Notes under the pieces: model-generated | What the model saw: the letters and a program-made list of their open reading frames with translations, nothing else | The model's database searches: none | Told to the model about the DNA's origin: nothing | Translations under genes and position numbers: made by a program | Shown here: positions 10,550 to 22,325 of the stretch, one piece after another | Layout: each line of letters begins with the position of its first letter | Position numbering within the stretch: position 1 is the first letter of the stretch | Assembly (NCBI GenBank): GCA_963713605.1 | Contig: CAVQMO010000015.1 | Span: 64,001 to 128,000 of the forward strand | Source of the DNA: an uncultured Nitrososphaerales archaeon | GTDB taxonomy: Archaea > Thermoproteota > Nitrososphaeria > Nitrososphaerales > Nitrososphaeraceae | Length of the DNA stretch: 64,000 bases | Direction: 5' to 3'

Positions 10550-10808
10550 TTACTTCCCATTATCGTTGCCGATTGCTGGGAATGTTTGTTGTGCTGTTAA
10601 TGCTACTCCGTTCTCGTCACCTTGAATCTGTGAACCAACATTCTGACATCCAACATTCAACGGTAGTTCACCATTGCCACAAGAATTCGCTTGTGAAGTT
10701 GCTTGGTTCTTATCAGATTGCATATGCACTGTCTGTTGTTGCAAGCGCTGTTGCTCCGACCAGAATAGCCGTTATTGCTCCACGATAACCAAATATTTGG
10801 TATTCATA
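10550..10808 (-). CDS. Small secreted Gln/Asn-rich protein (frameshifted signal peptide)
   Basis: QATSQANSCGNGELPLNVGCQNVGSQIQGDEN; upstream MNTKYLVIV in another frame. Confidence 0.6.
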
Positions 10809-11025
10809 CTTGGTACCAGCACGCGAGTTTTGCTTATTTACATTAGGTAAATTCAGACGCTCTCATAAATCTGATATGTTTTCTATTAGAACGAACAAGA
10901 AGCTAACGCATTGAAGAACTCTCTTCGTCATACCACGAACGTCTAAAAGGCATGATCTTACTTTACTTTTATGCTACAGAATCGAAAGGGGCCTTGATAA
11001 GGTAGCTACCAACTTACTCCATTCG

Positions 11026-11499
11026 TTAATAAGGAGCATAGGATAGATTCGGACGCTCCAATATTGCATTTGGTTCAAACGGAATATTTGAATCTATATT
11101 GATTACAGGCGCTATCAATATACACATTGTCATTGCCCTACCACCATCTCCACCATCTCCACCATCGCCGCCACCCTGAACGCCTTCGGGTAAATCATCT
11201 TTTGTAAGTTCGCGTCCAACATCTTCGCTATCATCACTATGAATGGATCTTGCGCTTTGAATTTCTCTATCATTGGTTTTTTTACTTGTATTATCAGTTG
11301 TGTCATATGGCTCGTCTTTATCCGTGATTTGAATGCCATCCTTACCCGCACTTCCTCCGTTACCCGCACTTCCTCCGTTACCCGCACTTCCTCCTTTACC
11401 ACCGTTACTAATACAATTTTGGTCTGGGAAAGTAGCAGCATTTGTTGTATCTAATATAGAAATTTCTAAAAGACCTAAAGTAGTAACTAATGACACCAT
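11026..11499 (-). CDS. Gly-rich (GGxGGxGG) secreted protein
   Basis: GGSAGN repeats of 18 bp; GGDGGDGG. Confidence 0.65.
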   Translation of the reverse strand: MVSLVTTLGLLEISILDTTNAATFPDQNCISNGGKGGSAGNGGSAGNGGSAGKDGIQITDKDEPYDTTDNTSKKTNDREIQSARSIHSDDSEDVGRELTKDDLPEGVQGGGDGGDGGDGGRAMTMCILIAPVINIDSNIPFEPNAILERPNLSYAPY

Positions 11500-11807
11500 A
11501 ATACTAGAGCCTAATTAGCAGTAATCTCAATTTCATAATTCGGTAATTGAATATATAATAATAATATATTTGGGTTGATTTAGTTTAATCTTAATTTTGT
11601 AAGCGCGAAAATATCAATAGAATTGGTAGCAATCTGAATCGGATACAGGAGGAGAATAGTAAGAAGCAGAGAGTAAGAAAAAGCTGTATAGGACCATAGT
11701 TATAAGCGCCATCTGAAGGTGTATCTGGTCATCTGAGGTCAACCAAGAAAAAGCTCTGAATATACCTATCGTAAAAAAAAAGAAGTTTGTTGAAATTCTA
11801 TTTATGG

Positions 11808-12290
11808 TTATTCTCGCTGATTTCTAGCTTGACAGAAATGACCTAGGCACTTGTCATTTCCATCCCAATGACGGTCACTGCCGATGATGGCGTCACCTCC
11901 ATCGCCACCATCTCCGCCCCTACCACCGTTGCCACTATGATCACCATTACCTGTACGATGTTCATTACTACCTGTATGCCGGCTACAGTCTCGCCCAATG
12001 TTCTTACCTGATTGATCGAATGTTGGTTCGCCTTCTATTCCGCTCGAATCTGTTATTACCGCATAACAATCGCCTGAACGACCAATTACGCCACCAAAAG
12101 CGTCACCGGTATCTCCACCTCTGCCACCATCACCACCTCTGCCACCATCACCACCAGTTGCGATACATATACTTGCATCACCACATACACCTGCGAACGC
12201 AGTTTGTATCCACATTGTAGTCACACTACTACTTACAATCAATACTCCCAAAATTCCTAATGATAGTACGTGTAGATTCTTATTTATCAT
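11808..12290 (-). CDS. Gly-rich secreted protein
   Basis: Signal peptide ending AFA; GGDGGRGG repeats; Cys pairs. Confidence 0.7.
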   Translation of the reverse strand: MINKNLHVLSLGILGVLIVSSSVTTMWIQTAFAGVCGDASICIATGGDGGRGGDGGRGGDTGDAFGGVIGRSGDCYAVITDSSGIEGEPTFDQSGKNIGRDCSRHTGSNEHRTGNGDHSGNGGRGGDGGDGGDAIIGSDRHWDGNDKCLGHFCQARNQRE

Positions 12291-12723
12291 TGAAGAGCAA
12301 TAATAATGGGTATTATTTACACATTTTATTAATGTTATATATATAAAAACTACATTAGATATGTATGCACTTTTTATGCTAAGAAATAATCATTTCCTGA
12401 ATCATTTATGAACTTTCCATCTATCGCGATTATGAGGTCAACTGATTTTTGTATTGAAGTCAGACATCTTTGTAGCCCTTTTTCATCATCAAAAAATACA
12501 ATTCCAGCAGCAATTGTCACTGATTTATTATTCATAGACTAAAGGATCTTCTAACATACTGGCAAAAATACTTTCCATCAACGTACGTGTATATCTATTA
12601 TCTATTATTCTTGAATAACAGTAGAGCATTTTGTTTTGTGGAAAATATTTTAAGGTCTATTCTTAAGATATTATTTACTTCCCACTTCATAGTATGTCAG
12701 AACCTTATAGTTAGTCATGTTAA

Positions 12724-13236
12724 ATGAATATGTCAAAAACGCGATTTACATATATTCTATCCATATACAGGCAGATGAATACTAGAACTCTTACATGTTT
12801 TATATCAGGAATAGCAGTACTTTTGATTTTTGCAACAAGTCTTCATCTGCTTTCATCAATGGTACAATCACAAGAGGAGGAGGAAAATGATGGTGAAGAT
12901 GGTGAAGGAGGAGGGGAAACCACACCGTCACCCACTGCTACAATTGTGAATAGCAAGTACCTTACATTATCGGGTGTTTCATTTAATGAAGTAGACGATC
13001 AAGTTACCATATCAGGAAATGTATCTAATATATCCTCAGATCAATCTCTTAATAATATAATAATAGTCGGAGAACTCTATGATGCCGAGAACACGTTAAT
13101 AACTGCGGCTACCGGCACAGGAGGTCTGGCTAACCTTCAACCAGGACAGCAATCTGCATTTACTATGACCACAAATATTCCTTCGGAGGATGAGGTTACT
13201 CGATATACAGTATTACCGGGTGGATCTGTTGGTTAA
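12724..13236 (+). CDS. FxLYD-domain secreted protein
   Basis: ISGNVSN...GELYDAENTLI...NLQPGQQSAF. Confidence 0.8.
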   Translation: MNMSKTRFTYILSIYRQMNTRTLTCFISGIAVLLIFATSLHLLSSMVQSQEEEENDGEDGEGGGETTPSPTATIVNSKYLTLSGVSFNEVDDQVTISGNVSNISSDQSLNNIIIVGELYDAENTLITAATGTGGLANLQPGQQSAFTMTTNIPSEDEVTRYTVLPGGSVG

Positions 13237-13878
13237 CTTCATGATCGAAAATTGACTTTTAGTGTGCAAGTTTCGTATTCCAATTTGTTTGTTGGTTGAA
13301 GTTAGAATGGTTATGGCTTAATTCTGGGGTAGTACATAAGAGCGGCTAATTAATACGAACCGTAGCATCATCGCTAATTTCTGATTAAGCGTTTGATCTC
13401 TTTAACCAGCTCTTCATTCTCAATAGGTTTACGAATGAATAATTGCTTGTTCAATGTGCTATACTCTTGACTTCTAAAATTCCTTATAGTAAAGTTCACT
13501 CGCTATGAGAAAACAAGCTCTAACGTTAGGATCTATCCTTTTTATTTCATTGTATAATTCAATGCCAGATATAGATGGCTTTGAATTAGATTCAGATATA
13601 GATTGCTCAAGAATGCTATATTTCAAAGCCAACAACAATGAGAGAATTAAAGGAACACGCAGATCATTTATTGAAAGAATAATGTAATAATGATCCTATG
13701 ACAGACCTGCTTTCACTAATCATCAAGATCACTAATCATAGGTATGTTTTCACAGGATATGTAATTCATTTGTCCTATGTTCTTTTGAACCCCCTTAATA
13801 GAAAATCCCGTTAAAATATGGTCAAATATCTGTCTTTAGATGAGATTATCATCATTGCAAAGCTATTCCGTCAGGGGG

Positions 13879-15030
13879 TCATGGCATACTTATTACCGTA
13901 TTATTGTACACCCCGTTATCTTGTACAGCTATCGCGTCAGAGGGCCTTGCAATATTTATTATAGTGTTGTTATGTATATTATTCTCAAAGGAATCCTTAT
14001 CTATCTCTATCCCTCTGTCACTCTTTGAAACTGTATTATTATAGATCTCATTGTCATGCGATTCACTAATCACTATTCCAATGTCTTCATTACTAACAAA
14101 ATTATTTCTGGCAATAGAATCGTACATGTTTCTGCTAAACATTATACCCATCTTTGTATTATTGTACACTTTATTGCCCTCAATCACTACGCTATAACAA
14201 TTCAAAGAACAGATGATACCTATGGAACCATTATCGTGCACTGTGTTGTTTCTAATTACCATATCGTGTGTTCCTGAATGTGGGTCTATTCCATAATAGA
14301 TATTGTGATGGATGTGATTATTTTCAATTATCATATCGCCGACACCTATTGAATAGAGAGCGAAGTATAGATTATGTATATTATTTCCTTTTACAAGACT
14401 GCCATCACCCCCTTCATACCTCAGTCCGGTACGGCCTCCCCCATATCCTGATTCGTATCCAAGATACGCTATCTCTGAATTCGTGACGTCAGTTGTACCT
14501 GTAGCGTCCTCTTCTACTATGATATAGGGCCTAGGAGTACCAACGCTTAAATCTTGTCCATCTCTATCTGAATCCTGACTTGCAGTATAGTTATTTGAAC
14601 TTGGGTTCCACGAAGTTAACTTGATAGAATCGATCTTAAGACTACCGGATACAAGTACAGGATGTGCCGTATCTCCTCCTCCATCTGCAATTATCTTAAG
14701 CCATGAGGTATCAGTCGAGTTTAAATAAAGAGTAGCATTTTTAGAGATTACGATGCCAGCGTTCAAGACCCATATACTATTATTGTTATCTTCTTTAAGT
14801 AGAATTTTTGGATCCTTCACTTGATTGTTGATATCAGTCAAATTCGCAGATTTACAACTAACTGTTATCATCTTTTCTTTAGGATCGTATGTAATACAGT
14901 TGGAGGATGATGATGAATCTTCTTTCTCTAATGTACTGGCCGTTAAAGCCGATGAAGATTGTGCTGCAAGAATTATGATCATAGTCATAACGAATGCCAA
15001 TATTAATAGTAAGAAGACTATCTTCGTCAA
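13879..15030 (-). CDS. Secreted right-handed beta-helix protein (NosD/AlgG-like)
   Basis: PRPYI...NSEIAYLGY; YGIDPHSGTHDMVIRNNTVHDNG; repeated NN ladders. Confidence 0.85.
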   Translation of the reverse strand: MTKIVFLLLILAFVMTMIIILAAQSSSALTASTLEKEDSSSSSNCITYDPKEKMITVSCKSANLTDINNQVKDPKILLKEDNNNSIWVLNAGIVISKNATLYLNSTDTSWLKIIADGGGDTAHPVLVSGSLKIDSIKLTSWNPSSNNYTASQDSDRDGQDLSVGTPRPYIIVEEDATGTTDVTNSEIAYLGYESGYGGGRTGLRYEGGDGSLVKGNNIHNLYFALYSIGVGDMIIENNHIHHNIYYGIDPHSGTHDMVIRNNTVHDNGSIGIICSLNCYSVVIEGNKVYNNTKMGIMFSRNMYDSIARNNFVSNEDIGIVISESHDNEIYNNTVSKSDRGIEIDKDSFENNIHNNTIINIARPSDAIAVQDNGVYNNTVISMP

Positions 15031-15465
15031 CGAACTGATTTAAGAACATAGTATAAGGAGGTATCATGTGGAATCATCATGACAAGTTAGAGATTTGTGG
15101 ATATAGGCAGAAAATGCCAAAGATAGGTTATGCCTTGATGCGTTAACGTATTCTTTCTTGTAATTTCACTCAGATTTACTCTCCACCTTCCTATTCCATT
15201 GTTGTTGTCATCGCAGTTGAATGTATCAATGATTCTTGTTAAAAGTATTCTTTTCAGTCCTTCGCGCGCAGTAAACTTTCGAACCATTTATATTTATATT
15301 ATACATTATTCTTAGGCGGTTCATAGTTACATAACATATGACTGTGGCTGCCTATCAAGCGGCATAACACAATAGTATACGCATTTTCCTCTACTTCTGG
15401 TAGTATACATCTACGTCCAATTTATACTTGCCACCTCAGTTACAATATGGTGTAACGTTCTCTAG

Positions 15466-15485
15466 GTACATTTCGACAAATGTAC
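15466..15485. promoter_or_regulatory. Palindromic operator candidate (Cu-cluster motif), site 1
   Basis: GTACATTTCGACAAATGTAC, one base longer than the consensus. Confidence 0.7.
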
Positions 15486-15541
15486 TATGGTTGCTTGTTT
15501 CTAAACTCATTTTCTAATCAATAATTTCAAATTTGCCCAAA

Positions 15542-15575
15542 CAATGTTCGAAAGATGTACCAATGATCTTAAATA
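15542..15575 (+). promoter_or_regulatory. Operator site 2 plus TATA box
   Basis: CAATGTTCGAAAGATGTAC-8 nt-TTAAATA; ATG at 15599. Confidence 0.7.
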
Positions 15576-15598
15576 CTTCATTCCGCCAGAATTGAATC

Positions 15599-16244
15599 AT
15601 GAAAAGCAAAATTCTTGCTGTTACTTCTATAATAAGTATTAGCATGGTATTGATTCTTGCATCTATTGGACTGCATCCTGTATCTGGACACGAAAGAAGA
15701 CTGTATACTATCGGCGATCAAAACTATCTCTTTGTAGTAGGTTCAATGAATGAGCCAGCGTTTGTGGACGACAAATCAGGGGTTGAAGTCTTCACATGGC
15801 TCGCCTGATCCGACCGATCCTATGAATTCCCAAGCAAATGGTACAAAGCCTATTGAAGGATTGACTCTCAAGGCAGATGTATCTGCAGGAGGAAAGAACA
15901 TGACCCTAGATCTGGAACCGGCATTCAGAGATCCAGGACATTACGAGGCAGTATTCTATCCAACAGTACCAACTACATACAACTATACAGTATATGGAGA
16001 TATTAATGGTACTGCATTCCGTGATACGTTCACATGCAGACCTGCTGGTGAATCAGAACCCGCCCAAGACAATTCAACGATAACTGTATCAGATGGTGTT
16101 ACTAGAATAGGTCAATCTGGAGGATTTGGTTGTTTCGAATCAAGAGCTGATGTGTCATTCCCAGAACAGTATGTATCAAATTACGAGCTACAACAGATGT
16201 TAAGCGAACTGCGGGGAACCTCTAACGCAACATCTCTGCCTTGA
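15599..16244 (+). CDS. Secreted protein with mature N-terminal His (putative Cu-binding), paralogue 1; frameshift near 15800
   Basis: VSG|HERRLYTIG...NEPAFVDDKSGV...PGHYEAVFYPT; similar to 19351-20019. Confidence 0.75.
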
Positions 16245-16341
16245 ATACTGATAGATTCGTATGAGGAAGTCAGAACTAAATTTCTTTCCCTTTCTATTTT
16301 CTTATCATTCTGTTATTTGATAAGAAGGTTATTGAACATCT

Positions 16342-17856
16342 ATGTGGCTAGAACGTAAACATCTAATTATTACCCTATCAATACTATCCATTTTCATTAT
16401 ATCGATCATGCCTTTTACAACATTTATTCTACAAACTTTCTCGCAGGGTGAAGATATGTCTATGGTGATGACTAATTCAAATTCACAAGAAACCATCACC
16501 TCATATAAAGATGCTTTGATAAAAGCTCCGTTATTAGTGTCACAGATTGCAATAGTTGGGATAGTTTTTAATCACATTGTATTTTCAAAAGTGCTTCATA
16601 ACCGCATTCTAATAGAGCCAAATAGACCCAGTCAAATAATGCAAAAAGATATTGGGGCAGCTAGAAGAGTGTTCTTGATATTGATTCTGTCAGTTATAGT
16701 TCTGTTAGCTTCCAGCAGTGGGTTGTTCATCCTGGAGGTATATAATTTATCAGCAGAATTGGGGCTATCTTTCTCCGATACCTTTTCAATTGTATTGGAT
16801 ACTTCTGTTGGCACGGTCTGGCTTCTGAGGATTATCACTTCAATCTTGATTTTCATTCTGTTAATAATATACTATGTGTTAGTAAAGAGAAATATGATGA
16901 GTAGGAGGGAGAAGATAGATAGAGATAGCCGGAACAAGGCAAGTAACATTATCTTGTTATCTATTTTGATCCTAGGTTCAATAAATATCCTTTCGAATAG
17001 TATAGTAAGCCATAATGCTGCTGCGTCATTCTTTCCTGAGGTAGCAATATCTACTGATTGGTTACATGTGATGGCGGTTTCCATTTGGCTTGGAGGATTA
17101 TTCTATATATCAGCAATACTTCTTTATGCAATAAGAACTTCGAGTAAAAGAGAATATGAAACCAGTACAAAAGAAGAGCAAGTAGTAAGAAATTGCTACT
17201 CATTGGCAGTAATGCTTCCATATTTCTCAATTATTGCAATCATATGTTTAGGGGTGATCGGTATAAGTGGATTGTACATGGCTTGGCTTCAACTTCCATC
17301 AATAGGATCCATATTTGATTCATTATATGGAAATATCCTAATACTGAAGCTATGCGTTATCGTGCCAATGATCTTGTTAGGAGGCTACCACCAGATTAAA
17401 TTACATTTTGTCATGGTACAAATTGCACAACGAGGAAACAGGACACAAAAGCAATTTGAGATTTTACCAACCGTTGATCAAAAAAATTCTAGAGAAGTAC
17501 AAGGTGACAAAGGGCATTTCGACCCTTTTAATCGATTTTCTAAAACAATAAAGATCGAATCAATCATTGGAATTTTAGTTCTTGTGGTATCAGCATTTCT
17601 AACAATTACATCTCCTCCATCAATGCCAATGTCGGGCTCTCAGATGCAAATGCAAGGACTAGTTGGCACCAGTCCTAATAATGATGTGGGTGGTGGCGAG
17701 GAGCAACATAATCCTCGGACTTTTGATGGATTTACCATTATGGCATTAATTTTAGCTCTCGTTGTGTTGATTATGAGTCTGTATTACTACCGAAGGAGCA
17801 GGCTGGAATCAAAGATAACGGCAGATCTATTGAAGAAAAACGGATCATTATCTTAG
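16342..17856 (+). CDS. copD: CopD-family copper transport membrane protein
   Basis: SHNAA...DWLHVMAVSIWLGGL; GISGLYMAW; YGNILILKL; Met-rich loop SMPMSGSQMQM. Confidence 0.88.
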   Translation: MWLERKHLIITLSILSIFIISIMPFTTFILQTFSQGEDMSMVMTNSNSQETITSYKDALIKAPLLVSQIAIVGIVFNHIVFSKVLHNRILIEPNRPSQIMQKDIGAARRVFLILILSVIVLLASSSGLFILEVYNLSAELGLSFSDTFSIVLDTSVGTVWLLRIITSILIFILLIIYYVLVKRNMMSRREKIDRDSRNKASNIILLSILILGSINILSNSIVSHNAAASFFPEVAISTDWLHVMAVSIWLGGLFYISAILLYAIRTSSKREYETSTKEEQVVRNCYSLAVMLPYFSIIAIICLGVIGISGLYMAWLQLPSIGSIFDSLYGNILILKLCVIVPMILLGGYHQIKLHFVMVQIAQRGNRTQKQFEILPTVDQKNSREVQGDKGHFDPFNRFSKTIKIESIIGILVLVVSAFLTITSPPSMPMSGSQMQMQGLVGTSPNNDVGGGEEQHNPRTFDGFTIMALILALVVLIMSLYYYRRSRLESKITADLLKKNGSLS

Positions 17857-17985
17857 GTCTAATTCAAGGCCTCTTAAAATCTGAATGCATAGTGATTTTT
17901 TATTTATCCCGTTAGTAGATACTAACTTCTGTCATTTTCTTCATCATATTATTAAATCCAATTAATAGCCTCATCCTGATTCTAT

Positions 17986-18019
17986 AATGTATCGAGAGAA
18001 GTACTATAATGTTTATGAA
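17986..18019 (+). promoter_or_regulatory. Degenerate operator site 3 plus TATA-like box
   Basis: AATGTATCGAGAGAAGTAC-8 nt-TTATGAA, upstream of copC. Confidence 0.5.
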
Positions 18020-18871
18020 TGTGGAAAGGGAATAAATTCATGCAGAAGCTGATATACTACATGGAAAAACTTCACTATTGTAATAGGAATAGATCAATTA
18101 TGCTATTGACACTTTTGATTTCATTTACCATTCTCACCCTTTTAATTGGCAATATGATTGTTCAATATGCCTATGCACATGCCAACCCTATTTCATTTTT
18201 GCCTAAGTCCAATTCGATTATCTCAGAAACTAAGAACCTACCTCAGAAAGTAGTAATCATTTACTCTGAAAGACCAGAACCAAAAGCTAGCTATATTCAC
18301 GTAACTGATTCCCATAATGAACGAATAGACAAAAACGATTACAAGATTAATGCAGATAATCCTAGAGAGGCTTCAGTTTTTATGGATACCTCAAAATTAA
18401 AACAAGGAGTGTACACAGTTACTTGGCTTGCGTTGTCAAAGGACGATGGTCATATTACAAAGGGTTCATATGTATTTAGTATTGCTAGTGCAGCTAATCC
18501 ACCAAAAACAGGTAATATATCGAGTAATGCTTTTGTCAACAGTACCTATCATAGACAACGTAAATACTACGTATAAAATATCTCCATTCTATTCCGGAAT
18601 AAATAATAATTTTACTGTTTCGTTATCTGACCTAGAAGGTAACGCCCATGCCAATATTAAGGCCGTTTTTCTAATATTCAATAACAAACAGGCAGGATTA
18701 GGACCAATAACTGCTAATTTAACTAAGGTGGGCGAAGGTGAGTATAGCGGATCGGGTGGATATCTTAGTCAACCAGGTAACTGGGAAGTGACGTTTGTGG
18801 CTCAAAGAACCAATAACTACGATCTTAATCATAGATTTACTATCAATGTAAAAAATCCTCCTACAATATGA
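18019..18871 (+). CDS. copC: CopC copper-binding protein with a C-terminal YtkA/FixH-like Ig domain (frameshift near 18545)
   Basis: AYA|HANP...YSERPE...GVYTVTWLALSKDDGHITKGSYVF; second half GEGEYSG...LSQPGNWEV. Confidence 0.88.
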
Positions 18872-19208
18872 CTCCGATGTAGTTCTAATAGGCCTACATG
18901 AGGCTAAACTGATTAGAGTAGTACTGGAGAAGATTTCCTTTGCGTTTGATCTACCTATAAGTGAGATGACCTCGCGCATGCCATTCTCATGAACAGAAGA
19001 CAAGGTCGTCATTTGTTGCCTTTATCAATAGCTAATACGCTTTTTATGGAGATATCATTGAAATCCGAGTGCAATCTAACTAAAAGTATTTTTCAATTAT
19101 GAATGCAAAGACATCATTCGTGATATCATTTTTGATTAAATTCACATCTATTGATATTAAAGTAAGTTATAACAGTTCGCAAGTATATTAATTTGACCAC
19201 AGGAATTA

Positions 19209-19227
19209 GTACATTCGTCGAATGCAC
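19209..19227. promoter_or_regulatory. Operator site 4
   Basis: GTACATTCGTCGAATGCAC (18/19 match to the perfect palindrome). Confidence 0.8.
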
Positions 19228-19350
19228 TATGAATAGTCCAAATTATTATGTAAATAAGAGCTAACTATACTATAATGTGACTCTCCAAGTTTAGGAACCC
19301 AGTAATTTGGTTCCGTAAAACATATCTCTATCCTAAACATCTTATGGGCA

Positions 19351-20019
19351 TTGAGAAGTAAATTTACTTCCATTTCCGTTCTGCTAGGAGTAATGACTAT
19401 TGCTGCACTGTTACTTTTTTCAATGTCCAACAAAGGTCTAGTATATGCTCATCAGAAACAACTTTACACAATTGGAAATAATAAGTATCTGTTTGCTGCA
19501 GGATTCCTGAATGAACCTGTCTATTTGGACGACAAATCTGGAGTTGACTTGTACGTGTATACACCTGATCCAAAGGATCCTATGAGTACAGACTCAAATT
19601 CAACAAAGCCTGTAGAGGAGTTACAAGATTCTCTCAAGGCAGAGATATCTGCCGGTCCAAAAACAAAAGTTCTTGACTTGGAACCTGATGAAGAGCAGCC
19701 AGGACATTATACAGCATCCTTTATTCCAGATGTCGAAACGACCTACAAATTCCGGATCTTTGGAAATTTAAGTGGAAGTCCGATTGGCATTGATTTTTCA
19801 TGTAGCCCAGGGGCAGTTTCTGAGGATACCATAATAAGCAATTCTACAGAAAAGATTTCTGACACAGTAACGAGAAATGGAGTAATAGGAGGTTATGAGT
19901 GCCCGGCACCCAGATCTGATGGAGCGTTTCCTGAGCCAATTCTATCAAACGCTGATATAGGCAAGAAGCTTTCTGAATTAGAAAACAGAGTTTCAGCATT
20001 GGAGAATGCAACTAAATAG
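19351..20019 (+). CDS. Secreted protein with mature N-terminal His, paralogue 2
   Basis: VYA|HQKQLYTIG...NEPVYLDDKSGVD...PGHYTASFIP. Confidence 0.8.
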   Translation: MRSKFTSISVLLGVMTIAALLLFSMSNKGLVYAHQKQLYTIGNNKYLFAAGFLNEPVYLDDKSGVDLYVYTPDPKDPMSTDSNSTKPVEELQDSLKAEISAGPKTKVLDLEPDEEQPGHYTASFIPDVETTYKFRIFGNLSGSPIGIDFSCSPGAVSEDTIISNSTEKISDTVTRNGVIGGYECPAPRSDGAFPEPILSNADIGKKLSELENRVSALENATK

Positions 20020-20129
20020 AATAAATGATCTCTACTTTTTTCAGTGCAGGTAGCAATTAAAATACAATTGAAGATCATCGTTTTAAATTTAGTGAATGTA
20101 TTGAAGAATAACATGGATTATTCATCAAG

Positions 20130-20754
20130 ATGTTGCGAAGCCGATCATTTTTTCTAATTCTAACATTTATTATCCTTAGTATTGGTATCGTTAATTCAAG
20201 TAGCAGTAATAATATCTTTAAGTTTGTATCAAATGGATCCATGCTAGCATTTGCACAAACAGTTTCATTAACTAATAATGAGAATAATAACCAAACACAA
20301 CAGCAACAATGGGTAGACAAGGTGAATAACATAAGAATTCTATTCAGCTCTCCTGTTAGCCCAATAATCGATTCAAGGACTCAGTTAAAATTTGATGTAC
20401 AAAATCTGACAACAAACGAAAATATTAAAGATCTAAGCGGCAAGAGTCACAATAGCAACTAATAGCAGTGGTCAGCTAAGAACATTCAAGTATACTAACA
20501 TATCATCTATTAATGGTAGTTTTGCCATAAGTTATATTTTTCCCGATTCAGGGATATATCAAATACTAACTAGAGTAGATTTAAAGGATTTCTCTTCTCT
20601 GGCATCATTCAATGTAGATGTTCCAGTTCAGCCATCTAATGCACTTAATCCGTCAAGCTCAGCTTTTTATCCTATGGTTATTACTATTGTAGTAGTTGCT
20701 GGCATTATTGCAGGTATAGGAATATGGGTAATGCGTAAAAGAAGGAGTAGGTAG
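20130..20754 (+). CDS. Membrane-anchored Ig-fold-like surface protein (frameshift near 20440)
   Basis: Signal peptide; continuation SYIFPDSGIYQI and C-terminal TM helix plus RKRRSR. Confidence 0.7.
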
Positions 20755-20915
20755 AAGGAGTATCACAATCTTAGGAATTAAAATACTATGTATCGGATCC
20801 TTTTATGGCTTTGTACAAATGGAAAAGAAAGAGTTTCTAAATTAGAAATTCTTGTTGTAACTAACTTATTATATGAGGTAAAGACTAAACTAAACTAGCC
20901 GAAACTAAAGTTATA

Positions 20916-22044
20916 TTACATTGAACCCATCGAACCAGCAGCCATAGACGAATTCGTTCCTACTTTTACCTCTGAAGGCTGTAATTCAAACTTCATCAGC
21001 CCATTAAATGCTTGTTGTTGTGAAGCCAGTTGCTGCCTGCGGCTGCGAGGATTGCTCTTGTTCCTTATTAGTATTAGTATTATTATTAACTCGTTTTGCC
21101 AAGTTAAGCAGAGTATCCTTTGTCAACATAATATGGATTACATCAGTTTTAGGATCAGTATTATCCAACACAATATCTTTTGTGACATCTAATCCATTTA
21201 CCGTGCCCGAATAAGAACTCGTATTAGTGAAGGCATTTGATTTAGGAACATTTATTTCTTCATGCACAAAAATATTGGCTTTCTTCAATCTGTCAATATT
21301 CCAATCAAAAGGCATACTGAATTGCATCTGCTTATTTTTTTCATTAAAGTTAAACCCATTCAATTTATCATAATATGAAATAATATTAATTGGAACATGT
21401 TTGCTATCTACATTTATCTGTCTATTTAATGTAGATCCTATGCTGAGCCAACTGTCATAGACATGTTGCTGATCAGCCGGAAGCACACAAGTATCACAAT
21501 CGATTGTTCCTATTCTAACTTTAAAATGGTACAATCCACCTTTTAGAAATATTGGTCCAGCCGCCTCCACAGGATTATCTGGTGTTCCAACATATGATCC
21601 TATAAGTGGCTCCTGTTCGCCATCAATTTTTACTATGCCTGTACTGTTATTTGGTGCTATTTCAATTCCCAATATGCCATTATGAGAATGGAACCAATTT
21701 GAAAACAGTTGTTTATTATCTTTATCTAGTATAGAAATATCATAATTCACATGATTAAATGATTTATTCGTCAGTGGATCAAATAATCTGAATTCAATTA
21801 TTGGTTTTTCATGTTTTGTTTGGAGGGTTTCCGTAGTCACAACTGAAGGGTTCATCTTTATCAGCAAATCTGATTGTCTATTACCTAACGATGCTGATGT
21901 CTGTTCCTGTGTCAAGCCATCTGCATAAGCAAGGTTAGTTATAGATGTTCTGTTAATAGCAAATAGCAGAATTAAAGCTATTAAAGAGAAGATACTGCAA
22001 ATTATGATACAAGATACAAACGAAGCAGCTCGTCTAGCAATCAA
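20916..22044 (-). CDS. Secreted thaumarchaeal surface protein with FHSH and CDTC motifs (frameshift near 21005)
   Basis: AYA|DGLTQE; WFHSHNG; GPIFLKGGLYHF; shifted Met-rich tail SMAAGSMGSM. Confidence 0.75.
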
Positions 22045-22152
22045 TACCCGTATTCCTTGTTAGTAAATATTGTGTGTTTAGCTATTTTAGGCTTATGGTA
22101 TGAGCAAGGTATTCTTGTTTCATTGATATATAAATAGTTACTATGCAAGAGA

Positions 22153-22171
22153 GTACATTCGTTAAATGTAC
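22153..22171. promoter_or_regulatory. Operator site 5
   Basis: GTACATTCGTTAAATGTAC; minus-strand TTTATATA lies 18 nt away towards the 22044 gene. Confidence 0.75.
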
Positions 22172-22291
22172 CACAAAATCTAATGGTAGGTAAAGCTCGT
22201 TGAGATAGCTTAAGAATTCGTAATAGGTCCAAATTCTTCGTTATTGTATATGGAATCTTTAATACATGCTATCTGTTATACAATCTATCTA

Positions 22292-22325
22292 GAACATTCG
22301 TCGGATGTACCACATTCTTTAATAC
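22292..22325 (+). promoter_or_regulatory. Operator site 6 plus TATA box with no downstream ORF
   Basis: GAACATTCGTCGGATGTAC-8 nt-TTAATAC. Confidence 0.65.

Noticed and set aside
13505..13687. Response regulator gene (MPDIDGFEL)
   Set aside because: Only a few codons of similarity; at most a decayed fragment.
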